DNA of 64,000 bases, from positions 27,962,001-28,026,000 of the forward strand of contig OX597820.1 in NCBI GenBank assembly GCA_951406725.2. Reading direction: 5' to 3'. The notes below the pieces were generated by a model, which worked only from the letters and a program-made list of their open reading frames with translations, was not told the origin of the DNA and did not search any database. Numbering within the stretch: position 1 is the stretch's first letter; every line of letters starts with the position of its first letter. The position numbers and the translations under genes were made by a program. Shown here piece by piece: positions 23,809-40,193 of the stretch. This DNA comes from Octopus vulgaris. Taxonomy: Eukaryota.

Positions 23809-26800
23809 GATTCTGTCAGTATTCCACCTAACTCACTCTATATATAAAAATATAAAATAAAGAAATTACATAGAATTTTTCAAATAACGGAAGATGATAC
23901 TTGAATACAACTGAACTCCCAATGTCCTCCTCATTGTACATTTTCCTCACCTTCTTGTCCTCACTGAAGTGATTATTAATTCACTTTTTAAATATTCCCA
24001 TTTTGTGTTAATTTCTTTTTTTTTTTATAGTTCAGATACAAACTTAATGAGTAGAATATCAATTTTATTTATCAACAAATAATCTCATTCCTGATTTTAT
24101 TTGGCTATAGTTGTTGTTGTTGTTGTTGTTATTATTATTATTATCATTATCACCATCATCATCATCGTCATCATTTTTTGTTGTTGTTACTGTTGCCATT
24201 ATTTGTATGTTTCATATAATGTCACTTAAACAGCTCTTAATGGCGATTGTTGATGGGATTCTCAACGAACTTTTAATTATGACATTAAGTTTTTCTTTTA
24301 TAGTAAAAAATATTATAGAAATATAATGTAAAGCACTTTCTAAAAATTGTCATCAGTTTAAACATTACGCGTAGAAAGGTGTTTAAACATATGAAAATAA
24401 AACAGTCCAAGTACTTGATTGACATAATTATGAGATTTCGTGCAATTTCCTGTGCAGTATTGCTGCTGGGTTTAAAAGAATCAAATATAATGAAATGAAG
24501 AAAATAAAATTAAATTGATTTTTTTTCTCATCTTGAACTTTACTAGAATTTTTTGATTAGCAAATTATTCACTTGTCTCAATCAGTGCAAATTAAAACCA
24601 AGCCAATATTGTTCGGAAAAGAATCAATGCTTCTAAATGACTAATATGGTTTTCACTTTTATCATCAGTGCCAAAATCGTATCGTAAGATAAGCTTTTAA
24701 GATGATCTTCTGCGCTGGTGGAATTAATGTTATCGGAATATGTGTAAACGGCTGAAATTCTCGTGTATATTTCTGTTTAGTCATGGCGCGTATATATCAT
24801 TCCTCAAAATCAGTTAAATGTACATAATATGGATAACTTTGTATCTGAAATAAAATGTTGTATTTAGATTTGAATTGGTTAGCATATATCTATAAACAAC
24901 ACTGTAATAAAAATGCTTACAACGAATCACTGATTATGATATTAATAAAGGGATATAAAAAAATAACATCATACCAAGTGAGACATCGAAATGTACTTAG
25001 TTTTATTTATATATATTTCAGAGAATAGAACTAGGCAAGTATTTATTTGTTTGAAGACCTGTGAGGTCACTGCGCATTGTACTGCTTCTATTATAGCTTG
25101 GTATGCATTAAAACGCACGTCAATTACTACATAAAGTAAATTTTCTGTAGGTGAACACCTCCTAGACAAGAAAGTATGATATTCCTTAAACAAAAATATT
25201 TTTTATGATGTTTTAATTTACGATAATATTCAGCGAACATTATCAACGCTACCTCAACACTCACATTATTATAAAAAAGTGTTACGGTTCTATATTGATG
25301 ACCATTATATGCAATTACAACCATAATCACTCCGTGGACAGCTATGTTGTTGAAGAGTCATTCTAATCAGGGCACTAATATTCTCCTCTCTTCTCTTTTG
25401 GATAATTACATCCAGGACATTTTTGTCAACCATATCGAGGGTGTATAAGAGATTTTGCGTCACACAGATAATTCTTCGAGCAGAGCCATTTACAGACATT
25501 TTTGCTGACTTTTTTTGTATTGCATTAGAAGTGTTTACATTTGAATAAACAACATATCCTGATACAAAGGCAGATGACAGAAAACATTCTTATAGCGACA
25601 CAAACAAATCCCCATATAATCCTTTTCATCATAACCAGCTCCCAGCAAAATCACACAGGCAACTCCCGGCTCTAAGGAAATTTCCTCTAAAGATGTGGCC
25701 AACTTACTTACACATGTAGCGATAAAATCACGTAAAAACAAAGCCCTATATCTTGACATCAATTTGTTAATCATGAACAATAACTTCATATGATCAGCAA
25801 TATAATGTGACATAAGCCATCCAACTTTAGATGTTTCTTTCAATATGCTCATTTCATGGCACTATCAACTGAAATCGAGGACTTTATTATATCATTCCAC
25901 TCCACATGAATTTGAATATATACGTAATTTGCGAGAGCCGTTTTTCCTAAAACGATTTCCATTAAGCATTATGTCTTTTTCACATAACGCTATTTGCATC
26001 AAATACATTTGCTCAATAAACTATTGTCTTAACGATAAAACTGCTGTTGTGATGGCAGGCATATAATGTGGTTTACGCAATTATTTAGACGAGAATACTT
26101 TATATGTTCCTACTAGAATGTTTTCTTCTATTCATAATGGCTATCGTAGCTGATAGGATTTTAGAGTAACTGTGCATCATGTTCATTTGAAATAAATGTG
26201 CATCAACATGGCTACAGCTCTGAGCTGAAACTAGAGAAAAAATATATATCAGTATTTTCTATATAGTTGCACATATGCCGTTTGCAAGTAACTGTTGGCA
26301 ACATTACAACTAACACTTAAAGTATATGGAAGGTTTTATCATAAGATATTTTATTCCTTATTTTTAAGGTTCTCACTATTACTACACTTTTGCACACAAT
26401 ATATCCCACCTTTGAAACCAATGTCATTTATTGCATGCTTGTTATATAGAGCAGTAATGTTGTAAAATGCTTCGCCAAACATAATCCTAATATACGGTTA
26501 GTAATTATGACTAAATTTATAACGATTACTGATGATGGTGTTAATATAACATTGATACACTACAAATTACGTCTAGGTGTATTATCGGGGCTACATTTAC
26601 ATGTAATAAAAATAGTGTTATATATACCCTATAAAAGTTTTTTAATTGCTATCTAATATTATTATGATATCAAAAGGTGTGAGTATTTTGACGAAACCCA
26701 TCGTACCATTACATATTTTATGGACATTATGATGGACATCCAAATGAATAATCCATTAACACAGTAAACGTGACTTCTACATGGCTAAATCTTTTCGAAA

Positions 26801-27249
26801 TAATTCTAACATAACCTGTAAATCGTAGAATCAAAGGATAATATCATGATTATACGAAATAATTCCCGATTTTCACACTTAACGCTAAAAGGCTTATCTT
26901 ACAAGAACAAGTATTTTTTAGTATGCATAGTAATATTCAGTCTAAAATCCCTAAATTGAATATACAACCACAGAATTCTAAAGATTTTCAAGAAGAGATT
27001 GAGTAGTAAATGAATTTACAAAGAATGGTGCCCATTTACAAAGTTATAAAGTTGCTTCCTATCTATGATATGGAAGCTCTGACTACCAGATAAACTTATA
27101 TTTCCTAAAATCAGTGAAGGGCGTGTCAAATATTGATTTTTACCATTTTCCTGATCTAAATTTAAATGAATTTATTGAATTTTGGAGATGTCAAAATATA
27201 ATGTCTGGAATTAATAAAAATAAAACATAGTTAATATGATATTTAATAA

Positions 27250-28500
<1,251 letters not shown>

Positions 28501-28512
28501 AATAATAATAAC

Positions 28513-28596
<84 letters not shown>

Positions 28597-28618
28597 CATA
28601 ATAATAATAATAATAATG

Positions 28619-28656
<38 letters not shown>

Positions 28657-29211
28657 TGCCCTGATGCAGTACCAGGCAATGGCTCTCATGGCTTCTGATC
28701 TTAACTGATTGGAAGTGTTATCATGTACATTGTTTTGTCTTGGTATAAAAGATGGGCTACAGCAAATATTCTGCTCAATACCATAGATTTGCTTGTCAGT
28801 TGTTTGACCTTAACCAGTTGAGCATGTCCCTTAGTGGCTGACGATATGTGCATCTCTGATCACGAGCTGAAGTAGTGGGGGAGCATCATAGCCATGTGTT
28901 GAGAGGGATTCTTTGGGGTTTGAATAATTCACCTCTGGAAACATGGGTTGTTCTTTCAACATCCTTAAACAACCCTTATTCAGGGACCGCTTGAGCGGGA
29001 TGGGCTACTCAACCTGAAGAAAATTCTAACTGGGCCCCACCTGCAAGGTCATGTGCTGTTTATCTTGATATGAGATCACCATGTCGCGCACATATGGTTG
29101 TGATGCATGTGCCTGGTGTACCTTTATCAGACGGGTAGTCATGATGGGTATATTGGGCTTCGTATATTTTACCCCAGTGTCACTTTGATGGCATGCACTG
29201 CTCTCTCACTC
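28657..29211 (+). mobile_element. ~555-bp non-coding element in (AAT)n, copy 2
   Basis: Has the same TGCCCTGATGCAGTACC start and CTCT.TCA.TC end as copy 1. Confidence 0.85.
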
Positions 29212-29214
29212 AAC

Positions 29215-29297
<83 letters not shown>

Positions 29298-29313
29298 TAA
29301 TAATAATAATAAT

Positions 29314-31388
29314 AAGATAGCCTACCACATAGCTGGATTAGGAAATGCCTTGAAATGTATAAGATAGTACCAACTCTGCGAAACTTCTTGACTGTAAGTA
29401 TGAGATCATGGAGAACCACACTAACTCTGAACAGTGACAATGAATCTCTAAATGCTGGTGATGTAAAAATTTCGTGTGGCATTTTCCAGGGTGACTCACT
29501 GTCACCACTCCTCTTTTGTTTATCCTTAATACCTCTCTCAAAGCTGCTCAATGACGCGCAGTACGGGTATAAAATGTTTGATAAAAATATAAATCATCTC
29601 GTTTACATGGATGATTTAAAGCTTTTTGCAAAAAATGATCAACAACTCAAGGGCTTACTAGCGATAGTCAAACAATTCAGTGACGACATCAGAATGCAAT
29701 TCGGCCTCGATAAATGTGCAAAGGCTACCTTTATCAAAGGAAAAATGACAGAAACATCTAACGTTAACCTTGACCAACAGAATGTCATAAAAGAACTAGA
29801 CCCAGCGGAGAGCTACAAGTACCTAGGGGTAATTGAAGGGAACGGAATAAGGCATTCAGAGATGAAGGAAAGGATCAGGAGAGAATGCTATCGAAGAGTG
29901 AGAGCAATACTCAAGACAGAGCTGAATGCAAGAAACAGGATCGAAGCAATCAATGCATTAGCTATACCAGTCGTGACTTACAGTTTCAATATTGTTAACT
30001 GGTCAATTACTGAAATATGTCAGCTCGACAGAAAAATAAGGAAACTGTTGACAATGCATAGAATCCACCACCCTAAGGCAGATACAGAACGACTCTATCT
30101 GCCAAGAAAAGAGGGAGGCCGTGGTCTTTTGCAACTGGCAATAACAATGAAGATTGCTACAATTGGCCTAGACACCTACCTGAAAAACTCTGAGGACTGG
30201 ATGTTAAAACTTGTCTCAAAACATGAAAACAAGAAAGCATCATACTCAGTCACAAAACAGGCAAAGGAATATCTAAGTGAATCCCGAATATAACCAATTT
30301 CGGAATTAGAGATAGATATACAAGAAACAAGCACAGAAAAAGCTAGGCGCATGAAAACCCGTGCCAAAACTGCAGCCTTAGATATTCTGAATAATAAATG
30401 GCAAGAAAAACCTCTCTATGGCAAATACCCAAAGAGAGCGAATAATGCAGATATCGACAAAGCCCTGACCCATCAATGGTTAATGGCCTCTGGCTTAAAA
30501 TCTGAAACAGAGGGGTTTATCATAGCAGCTCAAGATCAATGCCTACCAACAAGAAACTACCAGGCCAACATATTAAAGATCAGAAGCAGTCCAACGTGTC
30601 GTGTATGCAAGCAACAAAATGAAACCATTGACCATGTGGTCTCCAAGTGCAGTCTTCTAGCGCCTACAGAGTATCTCAACAGGCACGATAGCGCTGCACA
30701 ATATATTCACTGGGTAATCTGTAAAAACCTGTATTTTTGCCCTATGAAAAAAACTGGTGGGAACACAAACCACCCCCAGTGCTTGAAAATGACCACATCT
30801 CACTCCTCTGGAACTTCACCATTCAAACTGACAGGAAGATAGATGCAAATAGGCCAGACATCATATTGAAAGACTTCAAACAAAGAACATGCCTCCTCAT
30901 TGATATGACTGTCCCAATCGATATAAACGTATCTGTCAAGACCTACCAAAAACTGAGCAAATATAAAGATCTTGAAATAGAAATCAGCAAAATGTGGAAG
31001 CTGAAGACTAAAACAATACCTGTTGTCATAGGTGCCCTGGGAATGATAGCAAAAGGGGCTGATAGCTACCTAACTCAGATACCAGGAGACCCCAAAATGG
31101 CAGAAGTTCAAAAGATAGTGCTCATGGGAACTGCTCATATCCTACGCAAAATACTCTCTATGTAATCTCAAGGTTTAAAACAAACATAATTTTCGGTTTA
31201 AAAAAAAAAAAAATTTTTTTTTTCCCCAGACATTCATTAGTACAACATCCCCACCCCCTTGAAATATATGGCACACTAGGCATAACAACAACATGAACTT
31301 TGCTGCAACCCTGTTGTCTCTTGAGAGTCTCCCTGGGTGAGACTTGGAGCCAACTTGTACAAAATAATAAAGCAAAAATCAAATACAT
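29314..31388 (+). mobile_element. Dong/R4-like non-LTR retrotransposon (RT, CCHC, restriction-like endonuclease), 5'-truncated and inactivated
   Basis: GIFQGDSLSP, YMDD (29604-29615), YKYLG, CRVC..HVVSKC, RHD and RPDII..LIDM..KLSKY. Stop at 30291-30293 and frameshift near 30735. Flanked by (TAA)n, the known Dong target. Confidence 0.95.
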
Positions 31389-31409
31389 AATAATAATAAT
31401 AATAATAAT

Positions 31410-31655
31410 TGTAGCCGATGAAAACGGTGGCATTGGTACCAATTGTTCGAGCCCTAGGAACTGTGAGTAAAAATATTGTGAATTACAGGGAACAAATAGG
31501 GGCTGCAATATGGGTGGAGCACTTGCAGAAAACAGGAAACGCTCGAATACTCCGAATGGTGATCGAAAAATAAGGGGTGTTACCTTAGTTCACTAGTAGT
31601 GAACAGCTGGCACCGTAGTACATCTCCAGCGTTAGAAGCTGTGCAAAGGCAATAA
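31410..31655 (+). mobile_element. 3' end of a second Dong/R4-like family
   Basis: VPIV.ALGTVSK..VEHLQKT..ARILRMVIEK*. Same 3' UTR as 55690-56425. Confidence 0.8.
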
Positions 31656-31679
31656 ATAATAATCATAATAATAATAAAT

Positions 31680-31830
31680 TGCCCTGATGTAGATTTTTCA
31701 GGGCTTCAATTCTTAAATGATTAGAAGTGTTACGTACATTGTTTTGTCTTGGTATAAAAGATAGGCTGCAGCAAATATTCTGCTGAATACCACAGATTTG
31801 CTTGTCAGTTGTTTGACCTTAACCGGTTGA
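31680..31830 (+). mobile_element. Third, partial copy of the 555-bp element
   Basis: TGCCCTGATG start and a match through TTTGACCTTAACC.GTTGA. Confidence 0.8.
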
Positions 31831-33105
31831 ATTTTAATAATAACCATAGCGTTGTTTCAGTAATACAATAATGTTTCTAATTTTACATGATATATTAGGG
31901 TTTTAAGCTTCTCATAACCTGGCAAAACAGTTCATTTTCTTATATGTGTTAAAATAATCTGTAACCTTCTATATGAGCCTTTTCCTAATTTTAGAAAAAA
32001 GATTGAACTTGTGAATTCTCGTAGTTTTTTCCATTAGCTAAGGTATCTTTTAAATACCAACTGGCTAAAATAGTTTATTTTGCACCTATTGGAAACAGGA
32101 TACTCTATAATCTAACTGGATAAAAGAAACTTTCACATGATCAGTGTTACGAAAACTTCATTAACAACAGACATCCCTTTTTGCACTTTTTTTCACATAG
32201 AATACTGAAGAGATAACAGTATCATATATATTTTGTATTTACTTATTTTCGTTATCATCTGTGTTTCTATGGGAGATAGATGAATATATCACGTATCTTG
32301 TGCAAAGAATCAATACAAAAAATCTATACCATATTTTGCGAGGATTTTTTGCTTGCAATGAAATGTTGAAGTGTAACATAGTTCAATATATTATGAATAT
32401 TTGTGGCATATATTGTTATCGTATTAGTTCACGATATCCATAGAGTAAAAACCAACATGAAATTCGCAGTAACGACAAACTTTTCTGTTGTATGGTGAAT
32501 ATTTTGTAAATAATCAAAGCACAGAGGTTCATTCATACATATATAAATAAACACCTGCAAATATACGCACACACACAAAACACTTGTATTACATATATAA
32601 ATAAATGAGTTTGTATGTGTGTGTATATATGAAAAGGGTGAATTGCCACATATATTTGCGTAGTGGCGAGTTGGATTGTCTCATTCATTTCAGTTGTTAA
32701 TTCTCTGATTTGAAACCCACGGAAATCATCTTAGAGTCCCTATCAATGAGGGTTCGATTACAGCAATGTCATTTAGTAGTGGTCGCGATTGATCAAGTTC
32801 TGTTTCTCTTCATTACGGTGTCTTTTCATTTTCACTGAAATAAATTAGCTGTGAACAGATCTTGAGACGAAAGAACGAATGGTATCCGCAGGTTTAGTTG
32901 CCAGAGGAAATGATTGTTTGGACGTTTACGACGGCGCCACAAAGATTCCATTAGAATTTGAAGTCTTAGACGAAGCAAGCATTACATGCGCCCACCCACA
33001 CACACACAAGCACTCATGTAAATATATATGTATTTGTATATATATTTATTTATATATATATACCTGAATGTGAGTATACATTTACATAATCATACTTTTC
33101 TACGT

Positions 33106-33138
<33 letters not shown>

Positions 33139-33467
33139 CATATATTAATGTATCTGTTTATGTATTCACAAACACACAAACACATACACACATCACATGC
33201 ACACACGCAAATACACACATACATATGTAGTTCATATTTACAGAAAACAAAGCACAAATACAACAAGAAGGTTCAGCTCAGGAAGAATGAAAAAGCCTTC
33301 GACGTATATATATATGTGTGTGTGAGTGAGTGTGTGTGTGTGCGCGCCTGTGTGTGTTGGAAAACACGAAAAGAAGTAAAAAAGGAAGGGGTAATACACT
33401 TAGTGCATTCAGATTAAGTAATATAATAACCTACATTCTCAGATCAATCTTAACACAAGGTTGGTTT

Positions 33468-33609
33468 AAGACGTACCCTTCATCAGTCGTACCAAGTCCA
33501 CTATTAGAATATTGAATTTGGCCTTTGTCTGCAATAGCAGCTCTTGCAGAAAACGCCAAGTTCAATATTCTAATAGCGGACTCGGTGAGAGTGATGAGGA
33601 ATGTGTCCT
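33468..33609. repeat. ~140-nt imperfect palindrome (long hairpin)
   Basis: CTATTAGAATATTGAATTTGGC pairs with GCCAAGTTCAATATTCTAATAG. The centre is near 33539. Confidence 0.9.
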
Positions 33610-33745
33610 GCATGTGCGACTCTATAGAATTACAAAGACACCATACATTTCATCAACTGCATACTGTTCTCTGGCTACAACCAAAAGGACGGTATTAGAG
33701 AATACAAAGTTTAAAAAAAGAACTCCCCGAAATGTAACACTGTAT

Positions 33746-33785
<40 letters not shown>

Positions 33786-33791
33786 GTATCA

Positions 33792-33824
<33 letters not shown>

Positions 33825-33967
33825 GTCTATGTATGTATATATATAGATACATAGATATACACATACATACACATGTACATATATATACATATATATATGT
33901 GTGTATATTTGTATGTATTTAAATATATATATGTATATATATATGTACATAGATACATAGATATATA

Positions 33968-34188
33968 CTGGTGGGGATATCCGGTGTTGTTATTTGACAT
34001 AAGTAACGCTAATTTTTGGCTTCTAAGTATAACTATGGGCTAACTCCACATATATACATTATATTGTACTAATGTTAAATAAGATCCTTAGTTTATACTA
34101 GGGCTTTCCTTGAAATTACTTTGTGTTATTTAGAAGCCACAAACTAGCGTTACTTATGTCAAATAACAACACTAGATATCACCACCAG
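33968..34188. mobile_element. MITE with ~65-bp TIRs
   Basis: 33968-34033 is the reverse complement of 34125-34188, including a perfect GTGTTGTTATTTGACATAAGTAACGCTA. Confidence 0.85.
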
Positions 34189-34566
34189 ATCTAGATCCTT
34201 TGGGCAATACCGCCGGTCAATTAGCCACTGTCCCCACTTACCACCATGAACATCGAATGAAGGAATCTACTGATACTTGGAAATATACAAGCCACTAAAA
34301 TATAAGACCCTTGCTTTAGCGAACTCCTTTCTTCTTTTCTTTTTCTTTTTCTTTTTTCTTTCTCTTTGTTTCTGCCTTTCTTTTGCTTATAATCGTTCTG
34401 AAGGTGTTTATTAAATGTAACAAGGTAAATGTAAATTTACCCCATTTACATAAACAGAAACAGCTGTAAACAGTCTCCTAATTAAATTAAACAATGACTT
34501 TAAAACACCAATGGTCTACTTCTCACTGTTAATTATCGTTCCATTTCTTATCGTCTCTCTCTCTCC

Positions 34567-34601
<35 letters not shown>

Positions 34602-34667
34602 GCTCTCTTTCTATCTCTCATTCTCTCTCTCTATATATATATATATATATCTGTGTGTGTGTGTGTG

Positions 34668-34925
34668 TGGGAGTCGCGTGGCTTAGTGGTTAGAGTGTCA
34701 GCATCATGATCGTAAGATTGTGGTTTCGATTCCTGGACCGGGCGACGCGTTGTGTTCTTGAGCAAAACACTTCATTTCACGTTGCTCCAGTCCACTCAGC
34801 TGGCAAAAAAGAGTAACGCTGCGATGGACTGGCGTTCCGTCCAGCTGGGGCACACATACACCATAGAAACCGGAAAACCGGGCCCATGAGCCTGGCTAGG
34901 CCTTAAAAGGGCGCATTTATTATTT
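34668..34925 (+). mobile_element. tRNA-derived SINE
   Basis: A box TGGCTTAGTGG, B box GGTTTCGATTCC and tail GAAACCGG..CCCATGAGCC. Confidence 0.85.
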
Positions 34926-35392
34926 ATTATATATACAGAAGCGCAGAAGCAGCATAGATGTGTGTGCGCGCGCGTCTGCACGTGTGCCTGTGCATACGTG
35001 TTCATGCAGAGCGCTTCATATTTATTCATATAAAAGTATTTATGAGTAGCCTTCTATGTTCCTTGATGTAAACGAATACGTAACACAGCAATGTAAACAA
35101 GTGTAAGTCTGTAAAAACAAAAATCAAAGACAAAATACAAACTGTTTAGAAAACTATAAAGCAGATATATCAGATGTTGTCAAACTATTGAATAAATAAA
35201 CATACATCTAAATAAATATGTATTTATGCATCAATTTTTAAACTTTTATAAAAAATTCGTGGAATATATGTATAACTGAATATATTTACTCATCTCTGCA
35301 TCCTGAAACACATAATTACTTTGAGATATATCAATACTTACACCCGATACATGCATACCTAATACATACATACATATACACATACATACATA

Positions 35393-35459
<67 letters not shown>

Positions 35460-36561
35460 ATAAAAATCTCTGAAGCAGCACTAGGCGACTTCTCTGATCA
35501 AAGATAAACACTCGCTAGCTAAATAGATAAAGTCAAATCGAAACACTTCAAAGATGGCTCGTGCAGATACTCTTCTGCACCGATTTGGCAGCAACATATA
35601 AATGTTGCCAAATGCAAAATATAAAAGATAGATTTTTCATAGGCAACTACCGCACAACTTATTAAAAATCCCGATACTTCCACACAACATTTCCACAATC
35701 TTGTTTCGATAATCTGAATGGTGCAGGATCTCATCGATTATATAGGCGAAAGAGACACAAAACGGTTCTTAGGTTTGCATGGCTGTACAGGTTTACTAAT
35801 TTGCACTGCTAAATTTATTCGTCCCCAGAGAATATTATGCCAAAGATATTTAGACGCTGAAAGACAACCATAAACATGTGAAGTAATTATTCAGCGTGTG
35901 ACAGACAAACACATACAAGCATACATACATAGAGATACGCGTGCACACATATCTCACACCGGTCGCTCAACATAGTAATGGATTTCGGAAACACTGCCTC
36001 TCCCTGGGATGTCTCTCGCATAGAGTTTGAAGGATCATGATGAACATTAATGATATCAGTCTCACTGGACTAGGTTTTACTGTGAGAACAAGAAACATTA
36101 TTTCTTCCATAAGAAAAATCAAGAGAAATATTTCCTTTTCATACCCTCTGCCAACAAGATAGTGTTGCAAACGAAAAAGAAAATCAGAAACAAATACGAG
36201 AATTTTAAATTTTAAGAGATCCTAGGACATTTGTTGGAGAAGGCGATCAAAAGATGCTGCAACAATCTTCTATGCAGCTTGCAATGTTTTAGAACAAATC
36301 GTTTTCAATTCGTGTTCTTCTTGCCCTTATGTCCCTATGAAGAGTAGTTTGCGTAAATGTATCCGGGAGAAGAGTCACCTCTTAACAAAGTCACTTACTG
36401 ATAAGATCTTATCTTTATTTCATAAATATTATAGAATAGATTTTGATGTACTGGGATGGATGGTCGTTTCGTTGTATGTCATCAACAGTAATAAAACTGA
36501 TGCAGTCAAGGCATTGTATGTATATGTATATATATATATGTGTATGTATGTATATATATAC

Positions 36562-36811
<250 letters not shown>

Positions 36812-38011
36812 AATGCGTAATATCAAAATGAATTGACTGATTTGTTTGAGACGTGCGACAAAATTCCTTGCATAATCTTTCCTGACTGTTTTCGCCGTGA
36901 GTTAAATTCTCGCCGAAGTCAACTTTTAATGTCATCACTCCGTAGTGATGATGAATCTGTGGACATTTAACGACGGTGGAGAGGATGCCTTACGGTAGTG
37001 TTGTAGCTCTTTGCATTCTGAATTCAAATCCCGAGATTCAAATCCGCTTATTTGGGCGGTAGGCTTTACATGTTGTCCATTTTACATCCTCAACCCGATA
37101 CTTGGGGTACCTTCAGCAGCATACACACTGTTTTAATCATTCTGTCCGGACCTCGTGCTTGAGGATTCCTTCTTCCTTGTCTCTAACCTGTTTTGGGCAC
37201 CCTGTACAATGTCAAGACCCTTGCTTTTCGATTTATAATAACATAATTTTTAGTCGTTATCAAAGGAAATTTTGAAATTCTCTTTGAATGCAAGAAATTG
37301 TAGTTTGTATACACAATATATAAAGGATAAGATAACGGTTACGCACTGTGTTCTACTAATTGATCGACGTGTAATATATACATTACACGTTACGTACAAT
37401 CTGTTGGGAGAATACAATGAATAATTAATTACACTGCCAATTGCAATTAAGCAACTCGTCTGTGACTCTCGAATATGGAAATGACTCGAATGAATAGGGC
37501 AATAATTTCAATAAATCTCGTAATTTTGATAGACAAATCATTTAATGGTTTTGGAAATAAATTAACGGAGCCTTCAATAAAGTTACGAATAAACTGATGT
37601 TAATTGAATTATGCATTCTTACCAGCGATTACATTATAGATATATTTAGTATAAGAAAGCAATTATTCAGTACATGCAAACTTGAAAAGGTGATATTTGT
37701 GCGTGCAGGTAAAGTATTAGTGAGTAAAGTGAAGTTCCAGAAGCAAGTTACATTCATAGAAAATCATTACGTTTATTTGAAGATACAGAGTTGAGTAGAA
37801 TGAGCAGTTATGATCAAATTACACACTTGGATATGTGTGCACGCGTATCTCTATGCATGTACGTTTGTACGTATGTATGCTTGTATTGTTTGTCTGTCTT
37901 CTGTCGGTCTATCTGTCTGTTTATCTGTTTTTCTTTCTATCTACATATATACACACACATATACCTATCTATCTGTCTACCCATCTATCTACTTATATAT
38001 ACACTCACACA

Positions 38012-38052
<41 letters not shown>

Positions 38053-38096
38053 GTATTGTGTGCGCATGTCCCTGTATAGGTTTGTACACCTATATA

Positions 38097-38326
38097 AGGC
38101 GGTGAGTTGGCAGAATTGTTAGCACGCCAGGCAACATGCTTAACACTATTTCGTCTGCCGCTACGTTCTGAGTTCAAATTCCGCCGAGGTCAACATTGAC
38201 TTCCATCCTTTCGGGTCGATTATATAGGTACCAGTTACGCACTGGGGTTGATATAATCGACTTAATCCGTTTGTCTGTCCTTGTTTGTTCCCTCTGTGTG
38301 TAGCCCATTGTGGGCAGTAAAGAAAT
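38097..38326 (+). mobile_element. MetaSINE-like SINE, full monomer
   Basis: GGCGGTGAGTTGGCAGAA head, core domain and TAGCCCATTGTGGGCAGTAAAGAAA tail. Confidence 0.85.
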
Positions 38327-39623
38327 ATGTATACGTGTGTACACACTTTGCATTATTGTATACCACATGCATTGGAACACAGATCGCCATAAGATATATA
38401 TCTTGGGAAATTCACGCAACATTAAAAGTCTCACTCTATCAGGCATAGAAGTATTTTGAACGCAGTCCATAATGTGAAGATCCTTGTCATCAGAAATACA
38501 CTACGGTTTCATTTCCAGGTCCTGTAAACCACCATACCACATAGTGAAACAAAAGTACATGGAAATATGTGAAAAGTCAAAGCTTAAATTTAATATCTAC
38601 TTGAAAGCCTAAAAGAAGGCTTAACAACTGGATATAAACACGAGATATTATATCTCAGCAAATTTAGTTCTGAACCTCACCTTTCTTTCATTTCATTGGG
38701 TGGTAATGGGCTAAAGAAAGATAACTTTAACTGACTTTCGGTAGCGTTTTAATGTTGACAGATAATCTACTGTTCAGTACTGAATAGAAAATATTCTTAC
38801 TTTGCAAAGGTGACTGTAACCTTCTGAAAATATAATGATTTGGCTCTTGGAGTGATTCATTAACACATACCAGTGCTTCATAATTAACTAAGATACAATA
38901 TCTATTCTCTAGATATATAACTGTGTAACAATCTAGAATTGTCTCAGACAGATACGCAAATAAATAAACAACCTTCTACACACTATGATACACATATGAT
39001 GTTCAGTCGACACTATTTTTCTCATACATAAAGGAAGAATAGAACATACCTGTAAGAGAAAATATATGCCTAATGAAAATAATATGATCGCCGAAGTGAA
39101 TTTCCTTCGTATATCATTATGTTTTTGTGTGTCTGCTTGTAATTTAGAGATTATGCTGCGAATCAGTGTTTACCATTGTACATAATGTCAAAGAGTGAAA
39201 GACTGTAAACATAATTAGAATTTAAATAAAAAAAATGTGTTATTTTAGAAAATAGTATAATGAATACAAAATTTTCGTCATATAATTATTTATTAAATTG
39301 AAATAAAATTCAATAAAACATTTCAAATCAACAGTATACTTGCAATTAATGTGTTATCAACAACAACAACAACCACAGCAATACAATACAATAATTCCTG
39401 TGAATTAGAGATTTAACATTTCAGGATATTATTTAAAGCGACAAAAGTATTTTTTTTCTAAGCATTGATGATAAAATATTAGTTACAATTCAGTAATGAA
39501 TAGAGATCTTTTCAACACTATCGCAGTCAACTTACTGACATCGCTTCGTTACTAATAACATGACGTACACAGACTTATTTATTTAGGTATCTCTGAACGC
39601 ATACACAAACACAAATACACACA

Positions 39624-39682
<59 letters not shown>

Positions 39683-39728
39683 TTATACATATATGCATGC
39701 ATATATACATATATATGTCTTTCTGTGT

Positions 39729-39760
<32 letters not shown>

Positions 39761-39764
<4 letters not shown>

Positions 39765-40193
39765 GTTATCGCCATACTAATATGGCATTCTTATAAAAAT
39801 AAGAATAAAGCTGACCGCTTATTAGCTCCATGAGGCCATCGCCTTAAGTTAGCTATTTGATACACAAACTGTATCCATATAACCTTCGAACAAGGGAGGT
39901 CAGTCGCTCCACACTACTTGACCGACAGCTACAGACGCGTTTCGGGGTATTGCCCCTTTTCAATGCAGTGTAGTCAGACCAGTAGGTGTCGCTTCCGACA
40001 ATCTCTGTTCGAAGGTTTTATTTACCTAGTTTCGGTGGAATACATCCACTTGTTTTCAATAATAGAAATATTAAAATTACTAAGTCTCTCTAAAAGAGAA
40101 CACGGCAGCGTTCCCGGAAAATAATAGTTATCGCCATACTAATATGGCATTCTTATAAAAATAAGAAGAGAGACTTAGTAATTTTAATATTTC

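Noticed and set aside
24328-24360. Minus-strand CTGATGA..GAAAGTGC
   Set aside because: There is no stable stem II or III, and such a match is expected by chance in AT-rich DNA.
26990-27200. Faint Tc1-like strings (NGAH..., FPDLNL)
   Set aside because: Too degraded to call.
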